A DNA stretch of 64,000 bases from Escherichia coli (GTDB lineage: Bacteria; Pseudomonadota; Gammaproteobacteria; Enterobacterales; Enterobacteriaceae): assembly GCF_001677475.2 (NCBI RefSeq), contig NZ_CP015229.1; one strand, given 5' to 3'. The position numbers were made by a program, and so were the translations under genes. The notes under the pieces were generated by a model, which saw only the letters and a list, made by a program, of their open reading frames with translations, was not told the origin of the DNA and did not search any database. Shown here in pieces: positions 36,418 to 47,927 of this stretch. How positions within the stretch are numbered: position 1 is the stretch's first letter; the number at the start of each line of letters is the position of its first letter.

Positions 36418-37505
36418 TCCTGGCCCCAGTCAGGTAATAACTCACCTTTTGTCGAGAAGCGGAAACGGTGTTGATCCCAGCCTTGTCCAAACAGGGTCAG
36501 CACATAGTTGTAATAGGCATCGCTGCCGGGAAAGTTATCGGCCACGCGCTGGCGCTGAACGGCCTGCGCATCGCGGTTTTGTAAAAAGGGCAGCATGGCG
36601 GCAGAAAAACCGACCGGTCCTTTACCCTGCGCTTTCCCCGTAGCCACATCCACTTTTTCCGGCGGATAACCGTTTTTCTCGGTGAATGTCGCCATCGGTT
36701 TAAACCGGTTGAGCATCCGCGCTTTTTGCGGATCGCTGTCAGGCATCATGCCTACCCACATGTAAACGCGGATCGCGTCGTAGCTGCTGATCAATGTTTT
36801 TTCGGCTTTTAGCTGCCAGCCTTTGTCTTTCTCATAGCGCACCCAGTCTGGCGAAAAGCCTTTCGGGGCGGTTTCCAGCAATAAACGTTGATTGGTTTCG
36901 CGCAGCGTGGTCCACGGCGCGCCAAAGCGGGTGAAATACTGCGCCAGCGTCGGCGGCAGGTAGCTGGGGTTAAAACGCCAGCTGTTATCCTCTGCAAAAC
37001 CCACTTTGCCCGGTAACAACATGGAACCCAGCCCAGGCACCGTCACCACTTCCTCCCGCGCAATCCGTTTTAGCAACGCGCTGCCGATGTCGGTATAACG
37101 CTGCTCTTTCCACAAACGCCCCGCCTCCAGCAACGACCAGGCCATCCAGACATCACCATCGGAGGCCGAATTGCTGTCCAGCACTTCCCACTTACTGTTC
37201 TCTTTCTTGCCCCACAGCCAGGCGGGCAAACGTTCTTTTAAAGAACCCTGAGCGAGATTGTTCTGCGTCCAGTCGAGAATATTATCGAAAGCTGCACGGT
37301 CGTTAGCCGCCAGGGCAAAGAACATACCGTAACTTTGCCCTTCGGAGGTGGTGATTTTGCGCGCGTCGCTGGGGTCGATGACGCGCCCTTCCTGACTGAT
37401 GTAATCCTTTTTAAACTGCTCCCAGGCAGGCCAACTGCAGGCTGCCTGAACACTAAAGGCAGCCAACAGCAGCATCGTCACGAGTCCACTACGCAACACA
37501 TTCAT
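36399..37505 (-). CDS. bcsZ: Endo-1,4-beta-glucanase (glycoside hydrolase family 8), 368 aa
   Basis: Protein [23 protein letters not shown]...; ATG verified at 37503-37505; stop overlaps the bcsC start by 19 bp. Confidence 0.95.
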   Translation of the reverse strand: MNVLRSGLVTMLLLAAFSVQAACSWPAWEQFKKDYISQEGRVIDPSDARKITTSEGQSYGMFFALAANDRAAFDNILDWTQNNLAQGSLKERLPAWLWGKKENSKWEVLDSNSASDGDVWMAWSLLEAGRLWKEQRYTDIGSALLKRIAREEVVTVPGLGSMLLPGKVGFAEDNSWRFNPSYLPPTLAQYFTRFGAPWTTLRETNQRLLLETAPKGFSPDWVRYEKDKGWQLKAEKTLISSYDAIRVYMWVGMMPDSDPQKARMLNRFKPMATFTEKNGYPPEKVDVATGKAQGKGPVGFSAAMLPFLQNRDAQAVQRQRVADNFPGSDAYYNYVLTLFGQGWDQHRFRFSTKGELLPDWGQECANSH

Positions 37506-37511
37506 CTTCAA

Positions 37512-39851
37512 TTACTCGTTATCCGGGTTAAGACGACGACGACTAATAATTCGCAGCAGACGCCACAGTACCCAGGCCAGCAGCACGACGCTGATTGCCG
37601 CCAGCACCGCCAGCAGAATCGGATGGTTTGCCAGCGCATACCACAAGCGCTCGAACCACGGCAGATGACCTACGTAATAAACGTCGCCAACACGTAGGCT
37701 GTTGATACCGGACTCGCGGATCACCGCGACCGAACCGAACATGGTGGCGCGTTTGCCGCTATCGTTCACCGCATCGTTAAGCATTTCATAACCGCGCGGG
37801 CTATCTGCCAGCAGCGCAATCACGCTGCGCTGGTCGTTATACGGCGACTGGAAGCCAATCACCGCTGCCATCGCACCTGAAGAGGTCAGCGTTGACTGAG
37901 TTTCTGCCGCGCGATCGCTCTCGTCCGGTACAATGCCGGGGAACGGGGTCTGGCGCATCGGCGTTTTCACCCAGCTTTCGGTCGCCTGCACCAACAGGTC
38001 GATCTGCTTGTCGTCTTTCAGTTTGTCCGGGATACCACCGACGATCATGATGTCGGCATCTTTCCCCTGAATAGTGCTGCCATCATCGGTCACCGTCAGG
38101 TTAATCGCCGGGAAGCCCGTCTGTGCGCCGATAAAACCAACAGTATTCAGCAACGTTTCCATCTGTGCTTCGTTAGGCGTTTTCGGCATCACGGTGATGG
38201 TTTGCGACAGATCCGCCATCCGGCTGAACGGGAAGCCCGCGTTAGCAAAGGCGCGTAGATCCGGCATCGGGATGAAGTGGTAATACTTCGAGAAGTCGAT
38301 GGTGGAATCGTCACCAATCACCACATGATTCTGCACCGGCTGGAAGGTAATACAGTTATCCACCGAACCGCCCGGCATCGGGTTCATATACTCAAAGTCG
38401 AAGCGCAGCTGGTTGGTCGCGCCCAGTTTCAGCGCCGGAATAGAGACATCCGTTTTGCCATCCAGCAAACCTTGTAATACCGGAATCCGCAGCAGCAGGC
38501 GGTTCGCCTCCTGTTTGCTGCTCAGGTTGAAAGATTGCAGGAACTGGTTATTCAGGCTGATATCCATCCGCGAACTGTCTTTCACCGGCGGCATGGTGTA
38601 GCGGTAATTAATATCCATATCAATGCCGGTACTGCGCATCAGGTAGAGATCCGGCGGCAGGTTTAGCGAAACGTTAATCGCTGCTGGCTCAAGACCGCTG
38701 GATTGTAACTGTTCTTCATAGGTTTTCAGTTCACCAAAGGTGACCGGACGATCGGTACGTACCCAGTTCGGCGCATCGTAAGGCTTACGCGGTAGCAGCG
38801 GTTTCACTTCATTCACTACCACGCTTTCACCACGGAACAGAATGTTACCCTGAGCGATACCTTTCGCTGCCTGCAACAGGTCTTTGTCGTCACGACCAAA
38901 CACCACCAGCAGTTTGACGTAAGGATTCTGCGGATGGTTGATCATCTCAATCACCGGGGCTTTTACCGCCGGATGATCGCGCAGGAAGTCCGGCCGTTTG
39001 TCGTTGGTTGCAAAGACAATGGCATTGCGATCCGGCAGTTGGTTATAGAGCACCGGGAAGTTCTGCCCACGCCAGCCAGAACGCGAACCAAACCACGAGG
39101 CGACAATGGCAGAGGCTTGTTGCAGCCCAACATCCGGCGCACCCGCAAAGACCATCGGCAAGGTGTTAGTACGGTTATCGCGCGGGTCAAAGAATGGCAC
39201 CGGGAAGTGTGACAGGTCATTCTTTACATTCAGGGTCTGATAGGTCAGATCCAGTCCACTGCTCCGCCCAACATCCAGCCAAAGCGTGGTGCTGGCCGGG
39301 TTTTCGCACACGTCCTGATAATGGCCGACAAACTCCAGCCGCACACGGTTGAAGTCGGTAATAAACAGTGGGTTAATGGGCATTTGCGCCAGTGTTTTTT
39401 TACCCAACTGTTCTTTGGTCACTGGCAGCACGCCCATCAGTTCATCATTGAGATAAACCTTTAACTGCGACTGGACAGGCAGTAACGATGGCGATGGCGT
39501 GTATTCGAGGTTGAGCATCGCCTTCGTCACCACTTCATCGCTGCGCATACCAAACTCAATGCTGCCGTTCGGGTTAATGCCACGTAGCACCATGCTGCCC
39601 GGCGGCGGCGCAATTTGCGCAAAGGTCAGCTTCACATCACGCGAAGGACCGTTCTGCGCCACGACTGGCGCATCAGCGCCCTGCACGCCCGGCATCACTT
39701 GCCCCACCTGCGGATTTTGTTCCGTCTGGGCGGCTACAGCTGGCTCAGCATTGATCAGTGGTTGCGTTGCTGGCGTCGCCTGCGTCATGAAAGAGGGGAA
39801 CGCACTCATCCCCATAGCCACTGCACAAATCCAGAATAGTTTTCTTTTCAT
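37512..39851 (-). CDS. bcsB: Cellulose synthase periplasmic regulatory subunit BcsB, 779 aa
   Basis: Protein MKRKLFWICAVAMGMSAFPSFMTQA...; ATG verified at 39849-39851; C-terminal TM anchor. Confidence 0.95.
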   Translation of the reverse strand: MKRKLFWICAVAMGMSAFPSFMTQATPATQPLINAEPAVAAQTEQNPQVGQVMPGVQGADAPVVAQNGPSRDVKLTFAQIAPPPGSMVLRGINPNGSIEFGMRSDEVVTKAMLNLEYTPSPSLLPVQSQLKVYLNDELMGVLPVTKEQLGKKTLAQMPINPLFITDFNRVRLEFVGHYQDVCENPASTTLWLDVGRSSGLDLTYQTLNVKNDLSHFPVPFFDPRDNRTNTLPMVFAGAPDVGLQQASAIVASWFGSRSGWRGQNFPVLYNQLPDRNAIVFATNDKRPDFLRDHPAVKAPVIEMINHPQNPYVKLLVVFGRDDKDLLQAAKGIAQGNILFRGESVVVNEVKPLLPRKPYDAPNWVRTDRPVTFGELKTYEEQLQSSGLEPAAINVSLNLPPDLYLMRSTGIDMDINYRYTMPPVKDSSRMDISLNNQFLQSFNLSSKQEANRLLLRIPVLQGLLDGKTDVSIPALKLGATNQLRFDFEYMNPMPGGSVDNCITFQPVQNHVVIGDDSTIDFSKYYHFIPMPDLRAFANAGFPFSRMADLSQTITVMPKTPNEAQMETLLNTVGFIGAQTGFPAINLTVTDDGSTIQGKDADIMIVGGIPDKLKDDKQIDLLVQATESWVKTPMRQTPFPGIVPDESDRAAETQSTLTSSGAMAAVIGFQSPYNDQRSVIALLADSPRGYEMLNDAVNDSGKRATMFGSVAVIRESGINSLRVGDVYYVGHLPWFERLWYALANHPILLAVLAAISVVLLAWVLWRLLRIISRRRLNPDNE

Positions 39852-39861
39852 CGCGTTATCA

Positions 39862-42480
39862 TCATTGTTGAGCCAGAGCCTGATCCGATGGTTGTGCCGT
39901 TTCGCTCCGCTCCGGGCGGCGCGGAATAAACGATACAACCCAGGAAACCAGAGAAGTCAGCACACGGAATATGCCCTTCACCGAAGAAGGCGCAAACTCC
40001 GCCAGATGGCGGTAGCCACGGAAGCCGAGCTTCAGAATATCCAGCAGACTTTCCAGCGGCTTATCTTCCGGGTAGCTGTCCTGCCAGAGCGCCCATGTAT
40101 CCGCACGGGCAAACGTACACTGCACAAAATCGATATGTTGCTGAGTGGTGAGCGGCATTAATTTCAGCCCAACTTCATTACCCATCACGCGCGCCACCTG
40201 GGTCGGGAAGACATATTCCTGCTGACCGCGTTTAAGCAACAGATTCACTTTCTGCCCTTCCAGAATCTGTGCCTGACCGTTGATCTTGATCCCCAAACCA
40301 CCGTCGGAGAAATCCTGAACGGTACACGAGAAGAGATGACCATCTTCGCGGGCAATTGCCGCGGGCATCGTCATCTCCACGCGGTGCGAACGACGTACCT
40401 GTTTGCTTTCTACCGATACCGCAACTGCGCCGCCAAGAACAATCAGGTTGTAGAATACCCACACCATACTGACGACCACGGTGAGCATCTCGGTTGGCGG
40501 ACCATAGAAGTAGCGCCAGATGCCTACCGCAACGCCCACCAGGTTGAGCAGAACAAGGAAGATGTAGGGCCGCGAGATCACCCAGTCGACGTACTCTTCT
40601 TCCACCAGTCCACCTTTGGCGGTGACGTTAAATTTGCCTTTGTGCGGGTTAATCAGCGCCACCAGCGTCGGTGGTGCGATATACCACGCCAGCACCGTTT
40701 CGTAGATTTCACTCCAGAAAGAGTGGCGATATTTGCCCTGGATCTTGGAGTTGGTCAGGCTAGCATGGATCATATGCGGCAGCACGAACAGGGCAATCAT
40801 CAACGCTGGCGCATAGATGATGTAGGCATGAAGCAGCAGGAACGCCAGCGGCGCAGTCAGGAAGATCAGTCGTGGAATGCCCGACAAGAAGTGGAACATG
40901 GCGTTGACGTAACATAGCCGCTGAGCAAACTTCAGCCCTTTACCGGTGAGCGGGTTATCGAGACGAAAGATTTGCACCATCCCGCGCGCCCAGCGAATAC
41001 GCTGACCAATATGCGCCGACAGACTTTCGGTCGCCAGCCCCGCCGCCTGCGGAATACGCATATATGCAGAGGTGTAGCCACGACGGTGCAGGCGCAAAGA
41101 GGTATGCGCATCTTCAGTCACAGTTTCGACAGCAATACCGCCAATTTCATCCAGCGGCTTACGGCGAATCACCGCACAGGAACCGCAGAAGAAAGTGGCG
41201 TCCCACATATCGTTGCCATCCTGCACCAGACCATAGAACAGCGTGCCTTCGTTCGGTGTTTTACGAAAACGCCCCAGGTTGCGTTCAAACGGGTCCGGTG
41301 AGAAGAAGTGGTGCGGCGTCTGCATCATCGCCAGCTGTTTTTCTTTCAGGAACCAGCCCATGGTCATTTGCAGGAACGATCGCGTTGGTACGTGGTCGCA
41401 GTCGAAAATCGACACGAACTCGCCTTTGGCATATTTCAGCGCATTGTTGATGTTGCCCGCTTTCGCATGTTCATGAGTGGTGCGGGCGATATATTTCACC
41501 CCCACGTTTTGCGCAAACTGGCGAAACTCTTCCCTGCCGCCGTCATCAAGGATCCAGATGTTCAGCTTGTCTTTCGGCCAGTCGATACCCAGCGAAGCGT
41601 AAATGGTATTTTTCACCACGTTGAGATCTTCGTTGTAAGTCGGGACAAAGATATCCACCGACGGCCACAGCGACATATCTTTCGGCAATGGCACCGGCTG
41701 ACGATTCAGCGGCCATACGACCTGGAAGTAGCCGAGCACCAGCACAATCCACGCGTACGTTTCAGCGAAGAGCAGAATAAGCCCGCACACCAGGCTGACC
41801 GGATCGTCCCAGTTCAACGTAGAGGTGTAGCGCCACCAGATATAACGGCAAGAAACGGTCAGCGACAGCACAATCAGCATCAACGCCGAGAAGCGCCCCG
41901 GCATCCGCCGTACGATCAGCGCTACACCCCACAGCAGCATCAGGAAGATAAACTGCGCCAGCGGGTTAAATGGCTGGGTGACGCAGATTAATGCCAGAAT
42001 CAGCGAGAAGGTGACGATGATACCGAGGATCAACCGCCGCGCCCCGGCACTCAAATGACCGAGTTCTTTTTTCTCATCAAGATGCTGTGTTTTATGGCTA
42101 ACGCGCTCAGGCAGCTCGTTCATCCATTGATGGTAACGTCCACGAATATTTTGCAGACCTGAAAATGCCCGCCTGCGCGGTTTCGGCGTTTCTTTGCGCG
42201 ATGCACCGATCAGTAACCAGCATGTTTGAATGAGATAACGGACCGGGTCCAGCGGACGCGGACGCGAGGCGTTGATATGCGGATACAGGTTTTTATGTTC
42301 TGCGCGAATACGCTGCCAGCGCGGGTGCTCCAGCGGAATAAAAATCCAGGCCAGGATCATCCAGAAACAGCCGAGCGTCGCGCTGAAAGCCGACGCACCG
42401 TGGCGACGATAATCGCGATAACGCCCGATAAGCCGCGCGTTGACCGGCGGGATAAGCAACCACCGGGTCAGGATACTCAT
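39862..42480 (-). CDS. bcsA: Cellulose synthase catalytic subunit BcsA (GT-2, PilZ domain), 872 aa
   Basis: Protein MSILTRWLLIPPVNARLIGRYRDY...; glycosyltransferase and QRIRW motifs; ATG verified at 42478-42480, overlapping the bcsQ stop. Confidence 0.95.
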   Translation of the reverse strand: MSILTRWLLIPPVNARLIGRYRDYRRHGASAFSATLGCFWMILAWIFIPLEHPRWQRIRAEHKNLYPHINASRPRPLDPVRYLIQTCWLLIGASRKETPKPRRRAFSGLQNIRGRYHQWMNELPERVSHKTQHLDEKKELGHLSAGARRLILGIIVTFSLILALICVTQPFNPLAQFIFLMLLWGVALIVRRMPGRFSALMLIVLSLTVSCRYIWWRYTSTLNWDDPVSLVCGLILLFAETYAWIVLVLGYFQVVWPLNRQPVPLPKDMSLWPSVDIFVPTYNEDLNVVKNTIYASLGIDWPKDKLNIWILDDGGREEFRQFAQNVGVKYIARTTHEHAKAGNINNALKYAKGEFVSIFDCDHVPTRSFLQMTMGWFLKEKQLAMMQTPHHFFSPDPFERNLGRFRKTPNEGTLFYGLVQDGNDMWDATFFCGSCAVIRRKPLDEIGGIAVETVTEDAHTSLRLHRRGYTSAYMRIPQAAGLATESLSAHIGQRIRWARGMVQIFRLDNPLTGKGLKFAQRLCYVNAMFHFLSGIPRLIFLTAPLAFLLLHAYIIYAPALMIALFVLPHMIHASLTNSKIQGKYRHSFWSEIYETVLAWYIAPPTLVALINPHKGKFNVTAKGGLVEEEYVDWVISRPYIFLVLLNLVGVAVGIWRYFYGPPTEMLTVVVSMVWVFYNLIVLGGAVAVSVESKQVRRSHRVEMTMPAAIAREDGHLFSCTVQDFSDGGLGIKINGQAQILEGQKVNLLLKRGQQEYVFPTQVARVMGNEVGLKLMPLTTQQHIDFVQCTFARADTWALWQDSYPEDKPLESLLDILKLGFRGYRHLAEFAPSSVKGIFRVLTSLVSWVVSFIPRRPERSETAQPSDQALAQQ

Positions 42481-43229
42481 GATGCACTCCCGACTGGCGT
42501 TTTCAGCCCGGAATAGTTCAACAGGCACCAGTTAGCCAGCGTCAGTATCTCTTCCGCCGCCAGCGCATCACTGCGATATTCACCGACTGGTTGCTTAGCC
42601 GCCAGGCATTCAGCCATCGCTTCATCACGATGAATGAGCATCGGCAGTAATCGGCGCTGGCTTTGCAACCAAAGCTGGTAAATATCGTCCTGAACCTGAC
42701 TGCCGATACGGAAGTCATTAATCAAAATATGCGCGCCATCCGGCAGCGCCTGCTGATGCAGCCGGATATGGCAGTTGGCATCCACATTGACGATTGCCAG
42801 CGAGTGATCGCACAAACTCAGCAGCTGGTGGGTTATCTGCGAGGCATCACGCGGTAAGTCGATTAAAATCCACTGGTAACGCCCGCTGGCTTTTAGTTGC
42901 TGTAAGCCGGAGCAAATATCGCTCAGCCGGGTTTGCCAGTGCTGTGGATTTTCTTGTTCTTCAATGGATAACTGACCAAAAGGCAGCAAATCGAGCTGCG
43001 AGGTATAGCGCAACCCAGCGTCACGCCAGTCCTGGCCATCCAGCATAGCTCTGGCCCAGCCCTGACGGTGGGTAAAATCAACGTTAAATGACAGGCGCAA
43101 CAAGTTGTCCGGGCAGGCATCGACCACCAGGACATTTTCTCCCAACATTTGTAATGACCAGGCTAATGCGGCGGTGATGGTTGTTGTCCCCACGCCTCCC
43201 CGCACCCCCTGCAATCCCAGTACGGCCAT
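42477..43229 (-). CDS. bcsQ: Cellulose biosynthesis ParA/MinD-family ATPase BcsQ, 250 aa, intact
   Basis: Protein MAVLGLQGVRGGVGTTTITAALAWSLQMLG...; codon 6 is TTG (Leu), so the reading frame is open from the ATG. Confidence 0.9.
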   Translation of the reverse strand: MAVLGLQGVRGGVGTTTITAALAWSLQMLGENVLVVDACPDNLLRLSFNVDFTHRQGWARAMLDGQDWRDAGLRYTSQLDLLPFGQLSIEEQENPQHWQTRLSDICSGLQQLKASGRYQWILIDLPRDASQITHQLLSLCDHSLAIVNVDANCHIRLHQQALPDGAHILINDFRIGSQVQDDIYQLWLQSQRRLLPMLIHRDEAMAECLAAKQPVGEYRSDALAAEEILTLANWCLLNYSGLKTPVGSAS

Positions 43230-43240
43230 TCACCAATCCC

Positions 43241-43429
43241 CTACTTTTGTTGCGCAAACTCTGCCAGCAACGGCCAGCGTTTTAATGCCGCGGCCAACTG
43301 TTCGCGTTGGGAAATATCGGCATAATCAATATCAGGCAGTGAAAATGCCTGCTTTAACGCCAAAATATCATTCTGGAAGATATAGCCTATCGCGGGATCA
43401 GGCAGAGTATCTGGTTCATTGTTATTCAT
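43241..43429 (-). CDS. bcsR: Small cellulose biosynthesis protein BcsR, 62 aa
   Basis: Protein MNNNEPDTLPDPAIGYIFQNDILALKQAFSLPDIDYADISQREQLAAALKRWPLLAEFAQQK; ATG verified at 43427-43429. Confidence 0.85.
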   Translation of the reverse strand: MNNNEPDTLPDPAIGYIFQNDILALKQAFSLPDIDYADISQREQLAAALKRWPLLAEFAQQK

Positions 43430-43700
43430 TTGCTTGATCCCTATGAAATAACCGTACCGTTCATGAGACAATTCTAACCGTGAGCATTTCGCCGGTTTAT
43501 TGTTTACGGCGAGACGGGAATTTGCTCACTTTTTGACTTTCCGTTACGCAACAAAAAAAGTTAAAAACGAAAAGACTAAAATCACACGTCTTGTGACCTG
43601 CTAAATTGATTCACATGCTAAATCTGATAAGTTTTAATTTCAATGGTAGGTTTATTTCTTAGCTTTCGCTAGTAAACTGATAATCAGACAAAATGATGAC

Positions 43701-45272
43701 ATGAGGGACATTGTGGACCCTGTATTCTCTATCGGTATCTCATCATTATGGGATGAGCTGCGACATATGCCAGCAGGCGGCGTCTGGTGGTTTAACGTCG
43801 ATCGCCATGAAGATGCTATCAGTCTGGCGAATCAAACAATTGCATCCCAGGCTGAAACCGCACACGTCGCGGTCATTAGCATGGACAGCGATCCGGCGAA
43901 AATCTTTCAATTAGATGATTCTCAAGGGCCGGAAAAAATAAAATTATTTTCAATGCTAAATCATGAAAAAGGTCTATACTATTTGGCCCGTGATTTGCAG
44001 TGTTCTATTGAACCCCATAATTACCTTTTTATTCTTGTTTGCGCAAATAACGCATGGCAAAACATTCCTGCCGAGCGGCTTCGCTCATGGTTGGATAAAA
44101 TGAATAAATGGAGCAGGTTAAACCATTGTTCGCTTTTGGTAATTAATCCCGGAAATAATAACGATAAACAATTTTCATTGTTGCTTGAGGAATACCGTTC
44201 ACTTTTTGGTCTTGCCAGTTTGCGTTTTCAGGGTGACCAACATTTGCTGGATATTGCCTTCTGGTGCAACGAAAAAGGGGTTAGCGCCCGTCAGCAGCTT
44301 AGCGTTCAGCAACAAAATGGTATCTGGACATTAGTTCAAAGCGAAGAGGCGGAGATCCAACCACGCAGCGACGAAAAACGCATTCTGAGTAATGTTGCTG
44401 TACTGGAAGGTGCGCCGCCGCTATCGGAACACTGGCAACTGTTCAACAATAACGAAGTTCTGTTCAATGAAGCCCGTACCGCTCAGGCGGCGACGGTGGT
44501 CTTTTCTTTACAGCAAAATGCGCAAATCGAGCCACTGGCCCGCAGCATTCATACTCTGCGTCGCCAGCGCGGTAGTGCGATGAAAATCCTCGTACGGGAA
44601 AATACCGCAAGCCTGCGCGCCACCGATGAACGTTTGTTATTGGCCTGCGGTGCAAATATGGTTATCCCGTGGAATGCGCCACTCTCCCGTTGTCTGACGA
44701 TGATCGAAAGCGTGCAAGGGCAGAAGTTTAGTCGCTATGTGCCGGAAGATATCACTACCTTGCTGTCAATGACCCAGCCGCTCAAACTGCGTGGTTTCCA
44801 GAAGTGGGATGTGTTCTGTAATGCCGTCAACAACATGATGAATAACCCTCTATTACCTGCCCACGGTAAAGGCGTTCTGGTTGCCCTACGTCCGGTACCG
44901 GGTATCCGCGTTGAACAAGCCCTGACGCTGTGTCGCCCTAACCGTACCGGCGATATCATGACCATTGGCGGTAATCGGCTGGTGCTGTTTCTCTCATTCT
45001 GTCGGATTAACGATCTGGATACCGCGTTGAATCATATTTTCCCATTGCCTACTGGCGACATTTTCTCAAACCGTATGGTCTGGTTTGAAGATGATCAAAT
45101 CAGTGCCGAGCTGGTGCAGATGCGCCTGCTTGCCCCAGAACAATGGGGCATGCCGCTGCCTTTAACGCAAAATTCTAAACCGGTCATTAATGCCGAGCAC
45201 GATGGTCGCCACTGGCGACGAATACCAGAACCCATGCGACTGTTAGATGATGCTGTGGAGCGCTCATCATGA
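43701..45272 (+). CDS. bcsE: c-di-GMP-binding cellulose biosynthesis protein BcsE, 523 aa
   Basis: 523-aa protein divergent from bcsR; first gene of bcsEFG. Confidence 0.95.
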
Positions 45273-45460
45273 TGACCATCAGCGATATCATTGAAATTAT
45301 TGTCGTTTGCGCACTGATATTTTTCCCGCTGGGCTATCTGGCGCGGCACTCTTTGCGACGCATTCGCGACACCTTACGTTTGTTCTTTGCTAAACCTCGT
45401 TATGTTAAACCGGCCGGGACGTTACGCCGCACGGAAAAAGCCAGGGCAACCAAAAAATGA
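45269..45460 (+). CDS. bcsF: Small membrane protein BcsF, 63 aa
   Basis: Single-TM 63-aa protein; start overlaps the bcsE stop and stop overlaps the bcsG start. Confidence 0.9.
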
Positions 45461-47136
45461 CTCAATTTACGCAAAATACCGCCATGCCTTCTTCCCTCTG
45501 GCAATACTGGCGCGGCCTTTCCGGCTGGAACTTCTATTTTCTGGTTAAGTTCGGCCTGTTGTGGGCAGGATATCTTAACTTCCATCCGCTCCTCAATCTG
45601 GTGTTTGCCGCGTTTCTGCTGATGCCCATTCCGCGCTACAGCCTGCATCGCTTACGCCACTGGATTGCCCTGCCGATCGGCTTTGCTTTGTTCTGGCATG
45701 ACACCTGGTTGCCTGGCCCGGAAAGCATAATGAGCCAGGGTTCGCAGGTGGCGGGGTTCAGTACCGATTATTTAATCGACCTTGTCACACGCTTTATTAA
45801 CTGGCAGATGATTGGGGCCATTTTTGTTTTATTAGTGGCCTGGTTATTCCTGTCACAATGGATTCGCATTACCGTTTTTGTGGTTGCCATTCTGCTATGG
45901 CTGAACGTACTTACCCTGGCGGGACCAAGTTTCTCCTTGTGGCCAGCCGGTCAACCGACGACCACTGTAACAACGACGGGTGGTAACGCAGCGGCAACCG
46001 TTGCGGCGACGGGTGGCGCACCGGTAGTGGGTGATATGCCCGCACAAACTGCACCGCCAACAACGGCGAACCTTAACGCCTGGCTGAATAATTTCTATAA
46101 CGCGGAGGCGAAACGTAAATCGACCTTCCCGTCTTCGCTGCCCGCTGATGCTCAGCCATTTGAACTACTGGTGATTAATATCTGTTCGCTTTCCTGGTCG
46201 GATATTGAAGCCGCCGGGTTGATGTCGCATCCGCTGTGGTCACATTTCGATATTGAGTTCAAGAACTTTAACTCCGCCACCTCCTACAGTGGCCCGGCGG
46301 CGATCCGTTTACTGCGCGCCAGCTGCGGGCAGACTTCGCATACTAATCTGTATCAACCGGCAAATAATGACTGCTATCTGTTTGATAACCTGTCGAAACT
46401 GGGCTTTACCCAGCACCTGATGATGGGACATAACGGCCAGTTCGGCGGTTTTTTGAAAGAAGTTCGCGAAAATGGCGGCATGCAGAGCGAATTGATGGAT
46501 CAAACAAATCTGCCGGTTATTTTGCTGGGCTTTGATGGTTCGCCGGTTTATGACGATACCGCCGTGCTTAACCGCTGGCTGGACGTTACCGAAAAAGATA
46601 AAAACAGCCGTAGTGCCACGTTCTATAACACGCTTCCACTGCATGACGGCAACCATTATCCGGGCGTCAGCAAAACAGCGGATTACAAAGCGCGGGCGCA
46701 GAAATTCTTTGATGAACTGGACGCCTTCTTTACTGAACTGGAGAAATCGGGTCGTAAAGTGATGGTGGTCGTGGTGCCGGAACACGGTGGCGCGCTGAAG
46801 GGCGACAGAATGCAGGTATCTGGCCTACGTGATATCCCTAGCCCGTCTATCACAGACGTCCCCGTTGGGGTGAAATTCTTCGGCATGAAGGCACCACATC
46901 AGGGGGCACCGATTGTCATCGACCAACCGAGCAGCTTCCTGGCTATCTCCGATCTAGTGGTTCGCGTTCTTGATGGCAAGATTTTCTCCGAAGACAATGT
47001 TGACTGGAAAAAACTCACCAGTGGGTTACCACAAACAGCACCGGTCTCCGAGAACTCAAATGCAGTAGTTATTCAATACCAGGATAAACCGTACGTTCGC
47101 CTGAACGGCGGCGACTGGGTGCCTTACCCGCAATAA
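45457..47136 (+). CDS. bcsG: Cellulose phosphoethanolamine transferase BcsG, 559 aa
   Basis: N-terminal TM segments and C-terminal alkaline-phosphatase-like domain; last gene of bcsEFG. Confidence 0.95.
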
Positions 47137-47141
47137 GAACG

Positions 47142-47172
47142 AAAAAGGCCGCAGAGTTTCACCCCTGCGGCC
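47142..47172 (-). terminator. Intrinsic terminator of ldr copy 1 (hairpin ggccgcag/ctgcggcc plus U-run on the minus strand)
   Basis: 8-bp perfect stem with A5 on the + strand (U5 on the minus strand); identical hairpin repeated at about 47625-47655 for copy 2. Confidence 0.6.
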
Positions 47173-47222
47173 TGGTCCGGGCGCAAATTGCCATTACGGC
47201 AGCCTGACGCCCGCATGACACG

Positions 47223-47330
47223 TTACTTCCGCTTGTTCAGCCAGTTCACGATCATACTGGCAAGAATGCCAGCAATGACCGGAGCCGCTAAATCATGCCA
47301 GAAGGCCATGCCCAGCTCTGCGAGCGTCAT
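47223..47330 (-). CDS. ldrD: Ldr-family type I toxin peptide, 35 aa (copy 1)
   Basis: Translates to MTLAELGMAFWHDLAAPVIAGILASMIVNWLNKRK, a hydrophobic 35-aa Ldr toxin; too short for the ORF track. Confidence 0.85.
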   Translation of the reverse strand: MTLAELGMAFWHDLAAPVIAGILASMIVNWLNKRK

Positions 47331-47379
47331 ATAGCCGCCTGTGTTGTAATGACAACGTTTCGCGGCTATTCTTGAGTGG

Positions 47380-47445
47380 TCTAGGTTCAAGATTAGCCCC
47401 CGTTATGTTGTCAGGTGCATACCTGCAACGTGCGGGGGTTTTCTC
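47380..47445 (+). ncRNA. rdlD: Rdl-type antisense RNA (antitoxin) of ldr copy 1; 5' end approximate
   Basis: + strand hairpin CCCCCG...TGCGGGGG followed by TTTTCT (47396-47444); sigma70-like TTGTAA-17bp-TATTCT upstream; lies antisense to the ldr leader. Confidence 0.55.
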
Positions 47446-47705
47446 TCTCCAGCAACCAATGCCACCAGGGATAAAGCCCCCGCAACATTGCGCCTCACCG
47501 GAACCCTTCCGGCTTGCCGCTGATTCTACGACTGTTTTTCTGTTCCGGAATCCGTCACGTCTTCACTCTGTGCTGCGCATTCCGCAGAATATTATCCGCG
47601 TGCAATCGTTGCATTTTTCTTACGAAAAAGGCCGCAGAGTTTCACCCCTGCGGCCTGGTCCGGGCGCAAATTGCCATTACGGCAGCCTGACGCCCGCATG
47701 ACACG

Positions 47706-47813
47706 TTACTTCCGCTTGTTCAGCCAGTTCACGATCATACTGGCAAGAATGCCAGCAATGACCGGAGCCGCTAAATCATGCCAGAAGGCCATGCCCAGTT
47801 CTGCGAGCGTCAT
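47706..47813 (-). CDS. Ldr-family type I toxin peptide, 35 aa (copy 2)
   Basis: Same 35-aa peptide as copy 1, with one synonymous difference (GAA vs GAG at codon 5); it is the C-terminal part of ORF-track entry 47706..47981. Confidence 0.85.
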   Translation of the reverse strand: MTLAELGMAFWHDLAAPVIAGILASMIVNWLNKRK

Positions 47814-47861
47814 ATAGCCGCCTGTGTTGTAATGACAACGTTTCGCGGCTATTCTTGAGTT

Positions 47862-47927
47862 GTTCAGGTTCAAGAATGGCCCCCGTGATGTTGTCAGGTG
47901 CATACCTGCAACGTGCGGGGGTTTTCT
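47862..47927 (+). ncRNA. Rdl-type antisense RNA (antitoxin) of ldr copy 2; 5' end approximate
   Basis: Second copy of the hairpin-plus-U-run terminator (47879-47927) in the same relative position to ldr copy 2. Confidence 0.55.

Noticed and set aside
40336-41991. Plus-strand ORFs (193 and 227 aa) antisense to bcsA
   Set aside because: Embedded in the bcsA coding region on the opposite strand; His/Arg-rich junk-like translation; no supporting signals.
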